This document shows positions 11,669 through 23,900 of a stretch of DNA of 64,000 nucleotides, piece by piece (positions within the stretch are counted from its first letter, which is position 1; each line of letters begins with the position of its first letter). The stretch spans positions 1 through 64,000 of the forward strand of contig JAUCBJ010006791.1 in the NCBI GenBank assembly GCA_032718475.1, given 5' to 3'. A program made the translations under genes and the position numbers. The DNA comes from Nemertoderma westbladi. Taxonomy: Eukaryota > Animalia > Xenacoelomorpha. The notes beneath the pieces are model-generated. The model was not told where the DNA came from and searched no databases. It worked only from the letters and a program-made list of their open reading frames with translations.

Positions 11669-14611
11669 ATGGACAGTTTGACTGACCTAGATTTAACTGT
11701 AGTACCAGTTCACACTAACACGTCTGTTGACATCGAGGACGTACCATCCCTAAACCCAGAGGGCCCCAATGATGTGGAGATCCCTGACTCTGAAGACACC
11801 ACAATCCTGCGTAAATCCTTTAGAGGGTACTGCGCACACAGTACTCGTATTTTCAATATAGCAGACAGTTATTCTAGTCTAACAGAACACACATACCGAG
11901 ACTTACATTTTCACATAGACCAACTAGAGACTAGCTACTGTAGGATAACACTGATCTGTTCCAAATTCGTCAATAGGTTCCAGGACCTAAATCAGAGTGA
12001 ACAAATCGCTTACATAGAACGCAAACGGGATCAGATTAGTGTGGATTACCACAGAATTAATGCAGCTTTATCAGCTCTGCTAGCACCGTTAAGGGGCTTT
12101 CGTTCCACACCCAATCTATTGGACCCAGTAGTAGATCCACCTCTTTCCCATAATAGTAAGAGATCCCATAATACTCGGATGTCTGATGAATCACTTCCGA
12201 TTGAAACGCTTCAGCTCATGTTCGATGCTGAGGAGACGGTAAGAAAGGCCGAGGAAGAGGAACTTGAGGCTGAGGAGGCTAGAACGTTTAAGTCTGCTAG
12301 GTTAGAAAAAATGAGAAAGCAACTAGACATAACTAAGAGAAGAGCCATAGCAAAGGCTAGGTTAGAAAAGTGTACTAGTGAATCTGAAAGTGAAATAGAG
12401 ATAACCAGGAAGAAGACAACTCCTAGTAAGTCTAGAAATAGTGTTTATCGACGTCCTATCACACATGTAGATAAACCACCTGTTACAAGAGTAGAACAAC
12501 AGCAAACTACCAGCCATACCGAATCTACACCTAAGCTGAATTTAAAGACTATGGTAACTAGCTGTAATTTATTTCATGTTACTAGTTCTAACACTGTCAC
12601 CAACACCTATTCATCCAGCGTTAATCCTACTGTTACAGTTCATGCTCCCTCTTTTTTTATATCGGAAATATCTAATAACCGATCAGTAACGAGTAATGAT
12701 CAAGTGTCCTATAGAATTGCAACATCATTATCTTCTATAGACACTACTTGTGTCAGAAGTAAGACTGGGCATATTAGTAGCGTTGTGACTTTCAAAGATA
12801 CTACTTCAAGACCCACTATGTGTCCACTTGTAACACAGCCACACTTCTCACCTACCTCCACTACATCTATGTATATCCCATTATTCACAACTAATGCTAC
12901 CCAATATCATAATGTAAGTAGTGCAGGATATACAAAAACACACTACGAGTTCGACCCTCACGCATCAGTTTTTCAGCCAAGGGCCAACTCCACTGCATAC
13001 CACACCATCAGTAATTATGATACACATAATAATTATACACTCTCCGATGAAATGGAGACGTTGCGATCAGAGATAGCTCAATTAAAGGACAGCATGGGCA
13101 TATTAGCTAACTCTAGGAACCAACCCTACAAGGCAACTACTCTTCCCATGAGAGATTTATGCCAAGGAGGACCGGAAACGCAGGTTTCCACACAGTTGAT
13201 GGGTGGTACCTTTAAGGAACAAGCAGCCAAATTAATGGGTGAAGACTTGACAGGGGACCTTGAGTTTCGACCAACTTCGATTCTCAAAAGACCAGAGACT
13301 GTTGGAAACACCCCCTTACCTACTGTAGTAGAGGAGACAACACTTGAAACCAACCGAAGTTTTGCCAGAGTCATGACTAGAATGGATGCCAAAGGCTCCA
13401 TTGGTGATACTGCACGCAAATTCAATGGGGACCCCCTACGATGGATTCCCTTTAAGCAAACAGTAAAGTCTAATCTGTATAACTCAAATTTACCAGAGGA
13501 TGAATTGCTCCAACTCCTTATCAGGAGCCTCGAAGGACCACCAAAAGAACTTGCAGAAAGTTACCTTGGAGTCAATGAACCATTTTCGCGCGCTTGGGTG
13601 GGACTCTGCCAGCGTTGGGGACGAGAATCTTCTATTGCCGCCAGTATGGTTCACCAACTTATGAAGACAGGGGCTGTGAATAACGGTGACTCGTTTGTAA
13701 GGTTCGCAGACAAGATTAGAACTGTATATCTCCAACTTGAGACCCTAGACCAGACTTGTCACTTAGACCATCCCATTGTAATTGGACAACTACAAGCACT
13801 ATTACCGGGACCTGTAGGGACAAGATGGGACAAACAAAGAGTGCGTCAAGAGTTAAGGACTAACTCCCTTCCTAACATTAAAAAATTCCTGGAATTTCTT
13901 GATGAAGAATGCCAGATCACGCTGAGTGGACAGAGGCGAGAGCGTGAGTGTTTGCTCAGTTGTAAAACCAAAAGCACCCTACACCCATCAGTGACTCCAT
14001 TGCAGCGTGCGAAAGTCAGGCAGACTCAATCCGATGCCGTAGATTTTGAGGAGGACTTTAAAGTCAATGACCAGTACGCGGAAGTTAACCACATTCGTGG
14101 AGCAACTAAGGTAGCTCCCCAAAAACGATCTGACCAGCCAGCGGTGACCAAGCCTGGTAATTCTAAGGTTAAAGATGGTCAGAAAGAAACTTTGCAATTA
14201 GTGTTGGAGGCCCTCACAACACTAAACACTGATGGGACTACGGACAATAAACTCACCACCGGGTGTCACAAGTGTCACTCTACTGAACATAGGATTTCCA
14301 ACTGTCCTACCTTTAGGAACCTTACTGTGATTGACAGACGGGCATATGCAGCTACAAATAGGCTTTGTTACAACTGTTTAAGTGCAAATCATATGCGCAA
14401 AATGTGCCGTTCTGAGGGAAGGTGCAAGGTGTGTAAGAAATCCCATCACACTATTTTGCACTCTGAAACTGCACGAGCACAGGTTCATCACACAACATTG
14501 ACAGCTGAGGAAACATCGACCAACAACTTACTACCAAACAGCACATACGCTTCAGATGAGTATGAAGAGATTGACCAGGTAGATATTCTTCCTGACTCAC
14601 AGGCTTTCTGA
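11669..14611 (+). CDS. gag: BEL/Pao Gag (element B)
   Basis: First ATG at 11669; KFNGDPLRWIPF motif; three knuckles CHKCHSTEH..C, CYNCLSANH..C, CKVCKKSHH; ends at TGA 14609-14611. Confidence 0.9.
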   Translation: MDSLTDLDLTVVPVHTNTSVDIEDVPSLNPEGPNDVEIPDSEDTTILRKSFRGYCAHSTRIFNIADSYSSLTEHTYRDLHFHIDQLETSYCRITLICSKFVNRFQDLNQSEQIAYIERKRDQISVDYHRINAALSALLAPLRGFRSTPNLLDPVVDPPLSHNSKRSHNTRMSDESLPIETLQLMFDAEETVRKAEEEELEAEEARTFKSARLEKMRKQLDITKRRAIAKARLEKCTSESESEIEITRKKTTPSKSRNSVYRRPITHVDKPPVTRVEQQQTTSHTESTPKLNLKTMVTSCNLFHVTSSNTVTNTYSSSVNPTVTVHAPSFFISEISNNRSVTSNDQVSYRIATSLSSIDTTCVRSKTGHISSVVTFKDTTSRPTMCPLVTQPHFSPTSTTSMYIPLFTTNATQYHNVSSAGYTKTHYEFDPHASVFQPRANSTAYHTISNYDTHNNYTLSDEMETLRSEIAQLKDSMGILANSRNQPYKATTLPMRDLCQGGPETQVSTQLMGGTFKEQAAKLMGEDLTGDLEFRPTSILKRPETVGNTPLPTVVEETTLETNRSFARVMTRMDAKGSIGDTARKFNGDPLRWIPFKQTVKSNLYNSNLPEDELLQLLIRSLEGPPKELAESYLGVNEPFSRAWVGLCQRWGRESSIAASMVHQLMKTGAVNNGDSFVRFADKIRTVYLQLETLDQTCHLDHPIVIGQLQALLPGPVGTRWDKQRVRQELRTNSLPNIKKFLEFLDEECQITLSGQRRERECLLSCKTKSTLHPSVTPLQRAKVRQTQSDAVDFEEDFKVNDQYAEVNHIRGATKVAPQKRSDQPAVTKPGNSKVKDGQKETLQLVLEALTTLNTDGTTDNKLTTGCHKCHSTEHRISNCPTFRNLTVIDRRAYAATNRLCYNCLSANHMRKMCRSEGRCKVCKKSHHTILHSETARAQVHHTTLTAEETSTNNLLPNSTYASDEYEEIDQVDILPDSQAF

Positions 14612-14662
14612 CTAGTCAGCACCAGACGCACGAATTCCGAGAGAACCCCAAACTCGGAATTC
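14609..14662 (+). promoter_or_regulatory. Putative stop-codon readthrough signal (UGA-CUAG plus downstream hairpin)
   Basis: TGA CTA G, then GAATTCCGAG (14632-14641), an 11-nt loop and CTCGGAATTC (14653-14662). pol continues in the gag frame. Confidence 0.65.
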
Positions 14663-17600
14663 CAAGTTATACAAGTAAAGCTTGTAGGTGACAAGGGTGA
14701 ATTGAATGTGAATGCACTAATTGACTCAGGTAGTTCTGCAACATTTGTGGACAAGGACCTAGCAGATAGACTTTTTATTGAGAAAAAACCAACAGACTTA
14801 AACATGTCAGGTGTAATGAAATCCTGGACGTCCCGGATACACACAACCAAGTCTTATGGTTCTATACAGTCATTGAGTTCATCCTACTGCGCTAAACACG
14901 TGAAGTTCATTAGTATAACTGACTTTACAGGTGGACAACCATTACCGTACAATTGGATTACTGATCCATTTCTTACAAAACAGTCGATACCGCAATACAC
15001 TACACAAATACCGGGTATTTCTGTACTTATTGGACAAAATGTTCCCGAGGCATTTCATGTTCTAGAACGAGTACCAGAATTTCCTTTACCACTCCATCCG
15101 TATGCAGTGCACACCAAGCTCGGTTGGTACTGTACTCGCCCTTCACAACAGACTTTAAAAGAGAGACAAATTCAGATTGAAGATTGTGACTATGATCAAG
15201 ATCATATGACTTTCAGAACAACACTGAAATGTACTGACCAGAATGATTATGAGACCATTAGAATGTGTACTACTCTAGATAGACATACTGAGAATATCCA
15301 TAAGCTAATAGACAATTTGAAATGTGATCCGCGCAATTCTACGGAAGTTAGAGATCTACTTTACCAAAAGTTAGATCAGGATCTCAAGCTAACCCTTGCA
15401 ACATTACGGTGGTTAGATATTGACCATGCTGAAACTAATGCCAATGACTTATCTCTATCTGCAGAGGAACAACGGGCGATAGACATACAGACATCGACTG
15501 TACAACATCTCACTGATGGACACTACAGGATTGGATTACTTTGGCGGGATGACAATCCTTCATTGATCAACAATAGACCACTAGCAGATAAACGGGCAGC
15601 ACTGCTGTCTAGGAAACTACTAAATAACTCTACATTACGTGAACAATACGAGACTCAGATGAATAAATATTTAGACTGTGGTTTCGCGGAATTAGTTCCT
15701 GAAGACAAACTGAATATAGCTGGGGATTTAGAATATTATATGCCCCATCATGGTGTACCAAAGCCCAACAAACCCGAAGAAATCCGTGTTGTGTTTGACT
15801 GTGCCGCAATGTGGATGGGACACTCCTTAAACAGCTACCTTTTACCCGGACCAAACCTGTTACAATCGTTGGTGGGAATACTATTGAGATTCCGACAGTT
15901 TGATGTAGCTGTTGTGTCTGACATTGAAGGGATGTTTTTACAGGTTAAAACGCTGCTCAGTGACAGACAAAGTCTGAGGTTTCTGTGGTGGCCCAATGGC
16001 GAATATAATCTCCCAGCACAGATATACTGGATGAACATACAAGCGTTTGGTATTATCTGCAGTCCATCAAATGCTTGTTCAGTTTTGAGACAGACTGCAA
16101 CTGACCATGATCACCTATATGATGCAATTGTCACTAAGACCATAAAGAACGATATATATATGGATGACTGTTTATTTTCTGTAATGAACGAAGCTATTGC
16201 CATAAAGCTTGCACATGATGTCTCAGACTGCCTTGCAAAGGGAGGTTTTAAACTGCGCAAGTTTAAAAGTAACTCTAAGAAAGTGCTACAATCCTTTGAT
16301 ATGGATACTAGAGACAACAGCACCATCGACTTAGATACTGACCCACTGCCCATTACTAAAACACTGGGACTACGCTGGAATCCCCAACATGACTATTTGT
16401 TTTTTAAAGTTACTCCCAAGAATGATGATAGGCGGACAAAACGGATATGCCTAAGCATTTTAAGCTCGGTCTATGACCCATTAAATTTCATTAGCCCAGT
16501 TATATTCCAAGCAAGGGTATTGATGAAAGACATGTGGACTGCCGATGTGGATTGGGATGACGAGATTCCAGATCATATTAGGGACAAGTGGGTACTATGG
16601 GAAGAACAATTACCAGACATAGAGAGAATTCAAATACCACGTACATATTTTCCCTCATTACATCTAGATGAACAGCTAGAACTACATACATTCTGTGACG
16701 CTAGTAATTTAGGTATGGGAACTGTATCATACTTAAGAAGACCCTTAACTAACTCCGAGGCGCTGTATGAAGTATCTTACATATTTAGTAAATGCAAGAC
16801 TCTTCCACTTTCTTCATATTTAACTGTACCGAGAGCAGAATTGCAGGCTGCTGTAATGGCAGTAGATACAGCGAGATTAGTAAAAACACAATTATCACTG
16901 GCAATTAAGGAATACTATTGGACCGATGCAGCATTAGTGCTAGAATACCTCACTAATTCACATACAGCCTTTAAAGTATTTGTAGCTAATCGAAAGTCCA
17001 AGATACTTAGTTATTCCAAAGTAGACCAATGGCATTACTGTCCTGGAGATGTAAACCCGGCCGACATCGCCTCAAGAGGTGCTAGTCCCTCAGAATTACT
17101 TAATACACCATGTTGGCACAACGGCCCTGACTTCTTAAAAACACACAGTAGCTGTTGGAATTTACAGAAAGTCCCAAAGGTAAACAAAACGGACTTAGAG
17201 GTCACTGTGACTAAAGCGACTAAGTCTAAACTACTAAGTAACATCAAACATGATGTAACAGCTAGTCAGATTCAAACCGAACCCCCATTTTTAACAACTG
17301 ACACTAGCACATTAACACCTAATATAAATAATGGGGTATCTCCTATCATATACAGAGCCAGACAGTACTACTCGTCTTGGAAACGATATGTATCTGCTAT
17401 TAATATGCTAAAAACATATTATTATATATTGATAGGAAGGAATTGCACCCACGGGATGTATTCACAAACTGAAACTCAGTTACTCAGACTTACTCAAGTT
17501 CTAGAAAATCCAGACAGATATAATTCATTTGTGACAAATCCTGCTAAGTGTGACAGCGATAAGTTTTCTACTTTCATGAAAAACGGACTCTTGCGAGTTG

Positions 17601-18853
17601 GAGGAAAGATAGAACATGCACCTGTTAGCATAGACCAGAAACACCCTATAATAATTACAGATTATAACACCCAGAAACAGTTAATTCTAGACACCCATAT
17701 TGATCTTATGCATGCTGGTCGAGAGCACATGCTATCTGCCCTTAAACAGAAATATTATCTGGTTCATCCACGTAGAGCCTTAACCGACGTAGTTAGGGAA
17801 TGTATACCATGTCGCAAGCGGTTAGCACAACCTTTGAAACAACTTGAAGGACAGCTCCCACTTGAGAGATTGGACTATTTCGAACCCCCTTTTTCATACA
17901 CGGGGGTTGATTTATTTGGGCCTATAGTAGTTAAGCGTGCCCGCAGCACAATTAAGAGATGGACAATCATATTTACATGCCTTACAATTAGAGCAGTACA
18001 TTTAGACTTGGTCACTGACTTATCTATGAATGCATTTCTGCTAGCCCTTAGACGCTTTATAGCCAGACGTGGTTCTATTAAGGTAATACGCAGTGACAAC
18101 GGCACGAATTTTGTTGCCGCAAGTAAAGAGATATCAAAAACAATTGAGGACTGGAATACACATGATGTAGAAAAGTTGTTGACTCCAGTTTCCCTCGTTT
18201 GGAAGTTCAACACACCTCTAAGCCCATGGTATGGCGGTTCATGGGAAAGATTAATAAGGAACGTTAAGTCTGCACTTTTTCACGCTATTCCCTCCAACGT
18301 TTACTTAACTGATGACACGTTAAGGACATTCTTGGCGGAAGTGGAATGCGTAATAAACAGCCGCCCCCTAACAAGACTCTCAGCAGACCCTAAGTCTACC
18401 GACACTTTAACTCCTGCACACTTTCTATTTCAGCGACCAGCTGTTATATTGCCAATATCGGATGTAGACCCACGAGACTACATAACTAACAAAACCTGGA
18501 AACTCATGCAGTACTTAACATCTGTCTTCCGAGATTACTGGGTTAAGCAATATCTTCCTTCCATTGCACTCCGTACAAAATGGTTTTCACAGCACCGTAA
18601 CCTACAGACGGGAGACTTAGTTTTATTGGTAGATGAAGCTAGTTCTCGTAAAACTTGGTTGACTGCCCTTGTACTAAAAACATTTCCAGGTAAAGACGGA
18701 TTAGTTAGAACTGTGCAGATAAAAACTAGTAGCGGGCAGATTCTCTTGCGACCCATACAACGACTGTGTCTTTTAGAAATGGATCGGGAATCTTCCCACG
18801 ATTACGGTCAAATCCCAGGTGATGTTAACTTCGTTCATAACTTTAAATTATAG
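14612..18853 (+). CDS. pol: BEL/Pao Pol (protease, RT, RNase H, integrase), in frame with gag
   Basis: ALIDSGS; SDIEGMFLQV and YMDD (RT); FCDAS, PRAELQAA, WTD (RNase H); H-H-C-C; GVDLFGP, SDNGTNF, GGSWERL (integrase DDE). No ATG precedes the protease active site. Confidence 0.93.
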   Translation, partial: LVSTRRTNSERTPNSEFQVIQVKLVGDKGELNVNALIDSGSSATFVDKDLADRLFIEKKPTDLNMSGVMKSWTSRIHTTKSYGSIQSLSSSYCAKHVKFISITDFTGGQPLPYNWITDPFLTKQSIPQYTTQIPGISVLIGQNVPEAFHVLERVPEFPLPLHPYAVHTKLGWYCTRPSQQTLKERQIQIEDCDYDQDHMTFRTTLKCTDQNDYETIRMCTTLDRHTENIHKLIDNLKCDPRNSTEVRDLLYQKLDQDLKLTLATLRWLDIDHAETNANDLSLSAEEQRAIDIQTSTVQHLTDGHYRIGLLWRDDNPSLINNRPLADKRAALLSRKLLNNSTLREQYETQMNKYLDCGFAELVPEDKLNIAGDLEYYMPHHGVPKPNKPEEIRVVFDCAAMWMGHSLNSYLLPGPNLLQSLVGILLRFRQFDVAVVSDIEGMFLQVKTLLSDRQSLRFLWWPNGEYNLPAQIYWMNIQAFGIICSPSNACSVLRQTATDHDHLYDAIVTKTIKNDIYMDDCLFSVMNEAIAIKLAHDVSDCLAKGGFKLRKFKSNSKKVLQSFDMDTRDNSTIDLDTDPLPITKTLGLRWNPQHDYLFFKVTPKNDDRRTKRICLSILSSVYDPLNFISPVIFQARVLMKDMWTADVDWDDEIPDHIRDKWVLWEEQLPDIERIQIPRTYFPSLHLDEQLELHTFCDASNLGMGTVSYLRRPLTNSEALYEVSYIFSKCKTLPLSSYLTVPRAELQAAVMAVDTARLVKTQLSLAIKEYYWTDAALVLEYLTNSHTAFKVFVANRKSKILSYSKVDQWHYCPGDVNPADIASRGASPSELLNTPCWHNGPDFLKTHSSCWNLQKVPKVNKTDLEVTVTKATKSKLLSNIKHDVTASQIQTEPPFLTTDTSTLTPNINNGVSPIIYRARQYYSSWKRYVSAINMLKTYYYILIGRNCTHGMYSQTETQLLRLTQVLENPDRYNSFVTNPAKCDSDKFSTFMKNGLLRVGGKIEHAPVSIDQKHPIIITDYNTQKQLILDTHIDLMHAGREHMLSALKQKYYLVHPRRALTDVVRECIPCRKRLAQPLKQLEGQLPLERLDYFEPPFSYTGVDLFGPIVVKRARSTIKRWTIIFTCLTIRAVHLDLVTDLSMNAFLLALRRFIARRGSIKVIRSDNGTNFVAASKEISKTIEDWNTHDVEKLLTPVSLVWKFNTPLSPWYGGSWERLIRNVKSALFHAIPSNVYLTDDTLRTFLAEVECVINSRPLTRLSADPKSTDTLTPAHFLFQRPAVILPISDVDPRDYITNKTWKLMQYLTSVFRDYWVKQYLPSIALRTKWFSQHRNLQTGDLVLLVDEASSRKTWLTALVLKTFPGKDGLVRTVQIKTSSGQILLRPIQRLCLLEMDRESSHDYGQIPGDVNFVHNFKL

Positions 18854-20029
18854 TTACAGCAAAAACATTTCCATTTGCTGTAACTATGACTATAGAGACG
18901 AAAGACGACATAAATACAACAATATTGTATTATATAGAACAGTAAAATACATTTATCAATTGTAATAAGTATTACATAGTGACCGGATGATTTAGCAGTT
19001 CGTATATAATACATTAGATAGTACTGTATACTGTATATATACATAAGAGTACATATGGTATAAATAATTGAAATTATTGAAAGCAATTAAAATAATCAAA
19101 ATCAACACTTTCATAGTGCTACTAATATAAATCCTTTCATATTTATATTTATAAAAATTTTATGCGCTGTATAAAAACGACATTATTTGCAACAAATCGG
19201 TTGGAAGAGAGATAACGCATAATTTAGTATTGAAAATTATTATAAGTTCTTCCCCTCAGAAAGAAAAAGAAAATGAAAACCCAAATTGTACTAATAAATA
19301 TTAACAATTTGGATATTATTCTAATCTTTGCGATAATCTGACTACCGTAAAAAGTACTTGAGTGAGTAGAGTACTACTTGGTTAACGGTAGTAGGCAATA
19401 GAAGGAGAAGGCTATTGGGCTTCATCAATCTATGTTTGGAACTCGAAATCACAAGGGTTTCATCACAAGTGATAACCGAAAGACGCTCTTCCGGCTATCG
19501 GCTGGCTGGCCTATAGCACCATTGCAATTGCAAACCGATACACGGTACCGTATCGGTACATCGCTTTCCGTTTTAACGACTAACCCTACAACTAATCTGA
19601 ATCCTGTAATTCATGTTATTAAACTCAATGCGATATGCCTCGCCTTACCTGTCGGGCGTAAAGAACTGCGTCGATAACATGGAGCCGGAGCGAATAACCT
19701 ACGTCCAGATAGTAAATGGAAACAAAAGTCGATTGAAAATTAATTGCTGGTCGACGCATTCAAATATGTAATCGTTCGTAATTATGTAATTGGCGTTGAT
19801 CTAATACGGTCGTTGAAGAGTTGAGAAATGTATCTCCTTGAGCGTAATCGATCCTGAGGTGGGATGATATCGTCATCAATGAGACTTTCATCCGAAAAAT
19901 GGAGTTTTTATTGTTATCAATTACCGGTATATATTTTTTATTGAGACTTACTTACTGCGCCCTGATTTGATTCTCTATGTTTAAGTTTAAAGAATTATTA
20001 TTGTTAATTATTTAAACTAGACGGGAGTT

Positions 20030-20977
20030 TGTTGGCGCCGCTGCGCGTGGCAATAATCATCCCGACCTTTTCTTTATTGTGCTATATTCATATTTATTTG
20101 TAAACGAAGAATTATATTTCTGTTCAGTTGAGTTTTATGCTTATTTAATATGTGATTCGATTTATCGAGAGATTGTAACTATACTAATAGGTTTATTGAA
20201 TTATTGTAAGTTGATTATTGGTGGTGTGAGTTAATTAAGTTGTGCATTGTATTGTAATCTCAATCTAGAAGTATGTTAGGTGGCATATCTGTCCGCATAA
20301 TGGAAAGCCAATAAATGCCGTGGCTATACTGTATTATTGACCTAACAATTATCGCCAACTATATAGATTAATTAGTAGTTTTTTAAATACAATAGTCATC
20401 TCGACAGCTGGGCTCATTATTCTGAAATACAGCGGGAGAGACTTTTGTATTCTTACGGCTAGAATAGGGCAATCCTATATATTGAATATTGAATATTAGT
20501 AATTAGTAATTAGTATATATATCGTTTACGGTCTAAATTTGAATATAATATTATAAATTATATAAATAATAACGACCTGAGGAACTCTGAATAAATTTCC
20601 TTCCAAGTAAAAACTGTCATCTTTCGACTATCTCCTTCCTTCTAAAGCCGTCTACATTACGTAGGCTGCCGGGACCCTTGTAGACTCTGTCTCTTCTCTG
20701 TACTAGAGGGAGCAGGTTATTGCAGGAATTCTCTCTGAGGGAGAGATTGATTGTTAGCAATTTTGAGAATAGGAATGCGTTATTCGCCAGTACGAAACCT
20801 AAGTCTTGATATTAGTACAAGCACCTTTTCAATTTCTCAAACTCCCCATCGATTTGTTGCCATACTGACTGTATATTAGAGCCACTGCATAAACCCTGGC
20901 GGTAATAGTTTATTGTCCAGGTCAGCCGATAGGATTATTGTTAGTAGCACTGCGACTACATTAATCGCGCAGCAACA
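20030..20977 (+). repeat. 3' LTR of element B
   Basis: Direct repeat of 10329-11276; preceded by PPT-like AGACGGGAG (20019-20027) and followed by TSD GTTGG. Confidence 0.95.
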
Positions 20978-23900
20978 GTTGGAGTAGTATAAGTAATAGG
21001 TAGTCGCGTGTATTGGGTGCGAAATGTTGGAGTAGTATAAGTAATAGACAGTCGCGTGTATTGGGTGCGAAATGTTGGAGTAGTATAAGTAATAGGCAGT
21101 CGCGTGTATTTGGTGCGAAATGTTGGAGTAGTATAAGTAATAGGTAGTCGCGTGTATTGGGTGCGAAATGTTGGAGTAGTATAAGTAATAGGCAGTCGCG
21201 TGTATTTGGTGCGAAATGTTGGAGTAGTATAAGTAATAGGTAGTCGCGTGTATTGGGTGCGAAATGTTGGAGTAGTTTAAGTAATAGGTAGTCGCGTGTA
21301 TTGGGTGCGAAATGTTGGAGTAGTATAAGTAATAGGCAGTCGCGTGTATTGGGTGCGAAATGTTGGAGTAGTATAAGTAATAGGTAGTCGCGTGTATTTG
21401 GTGCGAAATGTTGGAGTAGTATAAGTAATAGGCAGTCGCGTGTATTTGGTGCGAAATGGTGGAGTAGTATAAGTAATAGGTAGTCGCGTGTATTTGGTGC
21501 GAAATGTTGGGAGTAGTATAAGTAATAGGTAGTCGCGTGTATTTGGTGCGAAATGTTGGAGTAGTATAAGTAATAGGTAGTCGCGTGTATTTGGTGCGAA
21601 ATGTTGGAGTAGTATAAGTAATAGGCAGTCGCGTGTATTGGGTGCGAAATGTTGGAGTAGTTTAAGTAATAGGTAGTCGCGTGTATTTGGTGCGAAATGT
21701 TGGAGTAGTATAAGTAATAGGTAGTCGCGTGTATTGGGTGCGAAATGTTGGAGTAGTTTAAGTAATAGGTAGTCGCGTGTATTTGGTGCGAAATGTTGGA
21801 GTAGTATAAGTAATAGGTAGTCGCGTGTATTGGGTGCGAAATGTTGGAGTAGTTTAAGTAATAGGTAGTCGCGTGTATTTGGTGCGAAATGTTGGAGTAG
21901 TATAAGTAATAGGTAGTCGCGTGTATTGGGTGCGAAATGTTGGAGTAGTATAAGTAATAGGCAGTCGCGTGTATTGGGTGAGAAATGTTGGAGTAGTATA
22001 AGTAATAGGCAGTCGCGTGTATTTGGTGCGAAATGTTGGAGTAGTATAAGTAATAGGTAGTCGCGTGTATTGGGTGCGAAATGTTGGAGTAGTATAAGTA
22101 ATAGGCAGTCGCGTGTATTGGGTGAGAAATGTTGGAGTAGTATAAGTAATAGGCAGTCGCGTGTATTGGGTGAGAAATGTTGGAGTAGTATAAGTAATAG
22201 GCAGTCGCGTGTATTGGGTGAGAAATGTTGGAGTAGTATAAGTAATAGGCAGTCGCGTGTATTGGGTGAGAAATGTTGGAGTAGTATAAGTAATAGGCAG
22301 TCGCGTGTATTGGGTGAGAAATGTTGGAGTAGTATAAGTAATAGGCAGTCGCGTGTATTTGGTGCGAAATGTTGGAGTAGTATAAGTAATAGGTAGTCGC
22401 GTGTATTGGGTGCGAAATGTTGGAGTAGTTTAAGTAATAGGTAGTCGCGTGTATTTGGTGCGAAATGTTGGAGTAGTATAAGTAATAGGTAGTCGCGTGT
22501 ATTGGGTGCGAAATGTTGGAGTAGTTTAAGTAATAGGTAGTCGCGTGTATTTGGTGCGAAATGTTGGAGTAGTATAAGTAATAGGCAGTCGCGTGTATTG
22601 GGTGAGAAATGTTGGAGTAGTATAAGTAATAGGCAGTCGCGTGTATTTGGTGCGAAATGTTGGAGTAGTATAAGTAATAGGTAGTCGCGTGTATTGGGTG
22701 CGAAATGTTGGAGTAGTTTAAGTAATAGGTAGTCGCGTGTATTTGGTGCGAAATGTTGGAGTAGTATAAGTAATAGGTAGTCGCGTGTATTGGGTGCGAA
22801 ATGTTGGAGTAGTTTAAGTAATAGGTAGTCGCGTGTATTTGGTGCGAAATGTTGGAGTAGTATAAGTAATAGGCAGTCGCGTGTATTTGGTGCGAAATGT
22901 TGGAGTAGTATAAGTAATAGGTAGTCGCGTGTATTGGGTGCGAAATGTTGGAGTAGTATAAGTAATAGGCAGTCGCGTGTATTGGGTGAGAAATGTTGGA
23001 GTAGTATAAGTAATAGGCAGTCGCGTGTATTTGGTGCGAAATGTTGGAGTAGTATAAGTAATAGGTAGTCGCGTGTATTGGGTGCGAAATGTTGGAGTAG
23101 TTTAAGTAATAGGTAGTCGCGTGTATTTGGTGCGAAATGTTGGAGTAGTATAAGTAATAGGTAGTCGCGTGTATTGGGTGCGAAATGTTGGAGTAGTATA
23201 AGTAATAGGCAGTCGCGTGTATTGGGTGAGAAATGTTGGAGTAGTATAAGTAATAGGCAGTCGCGTGTATTTGGTGCGAAATGTTGGAGTAGTATAAGTA
23301 ATAGGTAGTCGCGTGTATTGGGTGCGAAATGTTGGAGTAGTTTAAGTAATAGGTAGTCGCGTGTATTTGGTGCGAAATCTTGGAGTAGTATAAGTAATAG
23401 GTAGTCGCGTGTATTGGGTGCGAAATGTTGGAGTAGTTTAAGTAATAGGTAGTCGCGTGTATTTGGTGAGAAATGTTGGAGTAGTATAAGTAATAGGCAG
23501 TCGCGTGTATTGGGTGAGAAATGTTGGAGTAGTATAAGTAATAGGTAGTCGCGTGTATTTGGTGCGAAATGTTGGAGTAGTATAAGTAATAGGCAGTCGC
23601 GTGTATTGGGTGAGAAATGTTGGAGTAGTATAAGTAATAGGTAGTCGCGTGTATTTGGTGCGAAATGTTGGAGTAGTATAAGTAATAGGTAGTCGCGTGT
23701 ATTTGGTGCGAAATGTTGGAGTAGTATAAGTAATAGGTAGTCGCGTGTATTGGGTGCGAAATGTTGGAGTAGTATAAGTAATAGGCAGTCGCGTGTATTT
23801 GGTGCGAAATGTTGGAGTAGTATAAGTAATAGGTAGTCGCGTGTATTTGGTGCGAAATGTTGGAGTAGTATAAGTAATAGGTAGTCGCGTGTATTTGGTG

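Larger units (their letters stand above)
10329..20977 (+). mobile_element. Full-length BEL/Pao LTR retrotransposon (element B), probably autonomous and recent
   Basis: 948-bp LTRs TG...CA differing by about 4 substitutions and 2 one-base indels; 5-bp TSD GTTGG (10324-10328, 20978-20982); gag-PR-RT-RH-IN order; purine tract AGACGGGAG before the 3' LTR. Confidence 0.97.

Noticed and set aside
18854-20029. Possible env or extra gene in B's 3' region
   Set aside because: Only an 81-aa ORF without motifs and one 8-bp hairpin near 19534-19557; insufficient support.
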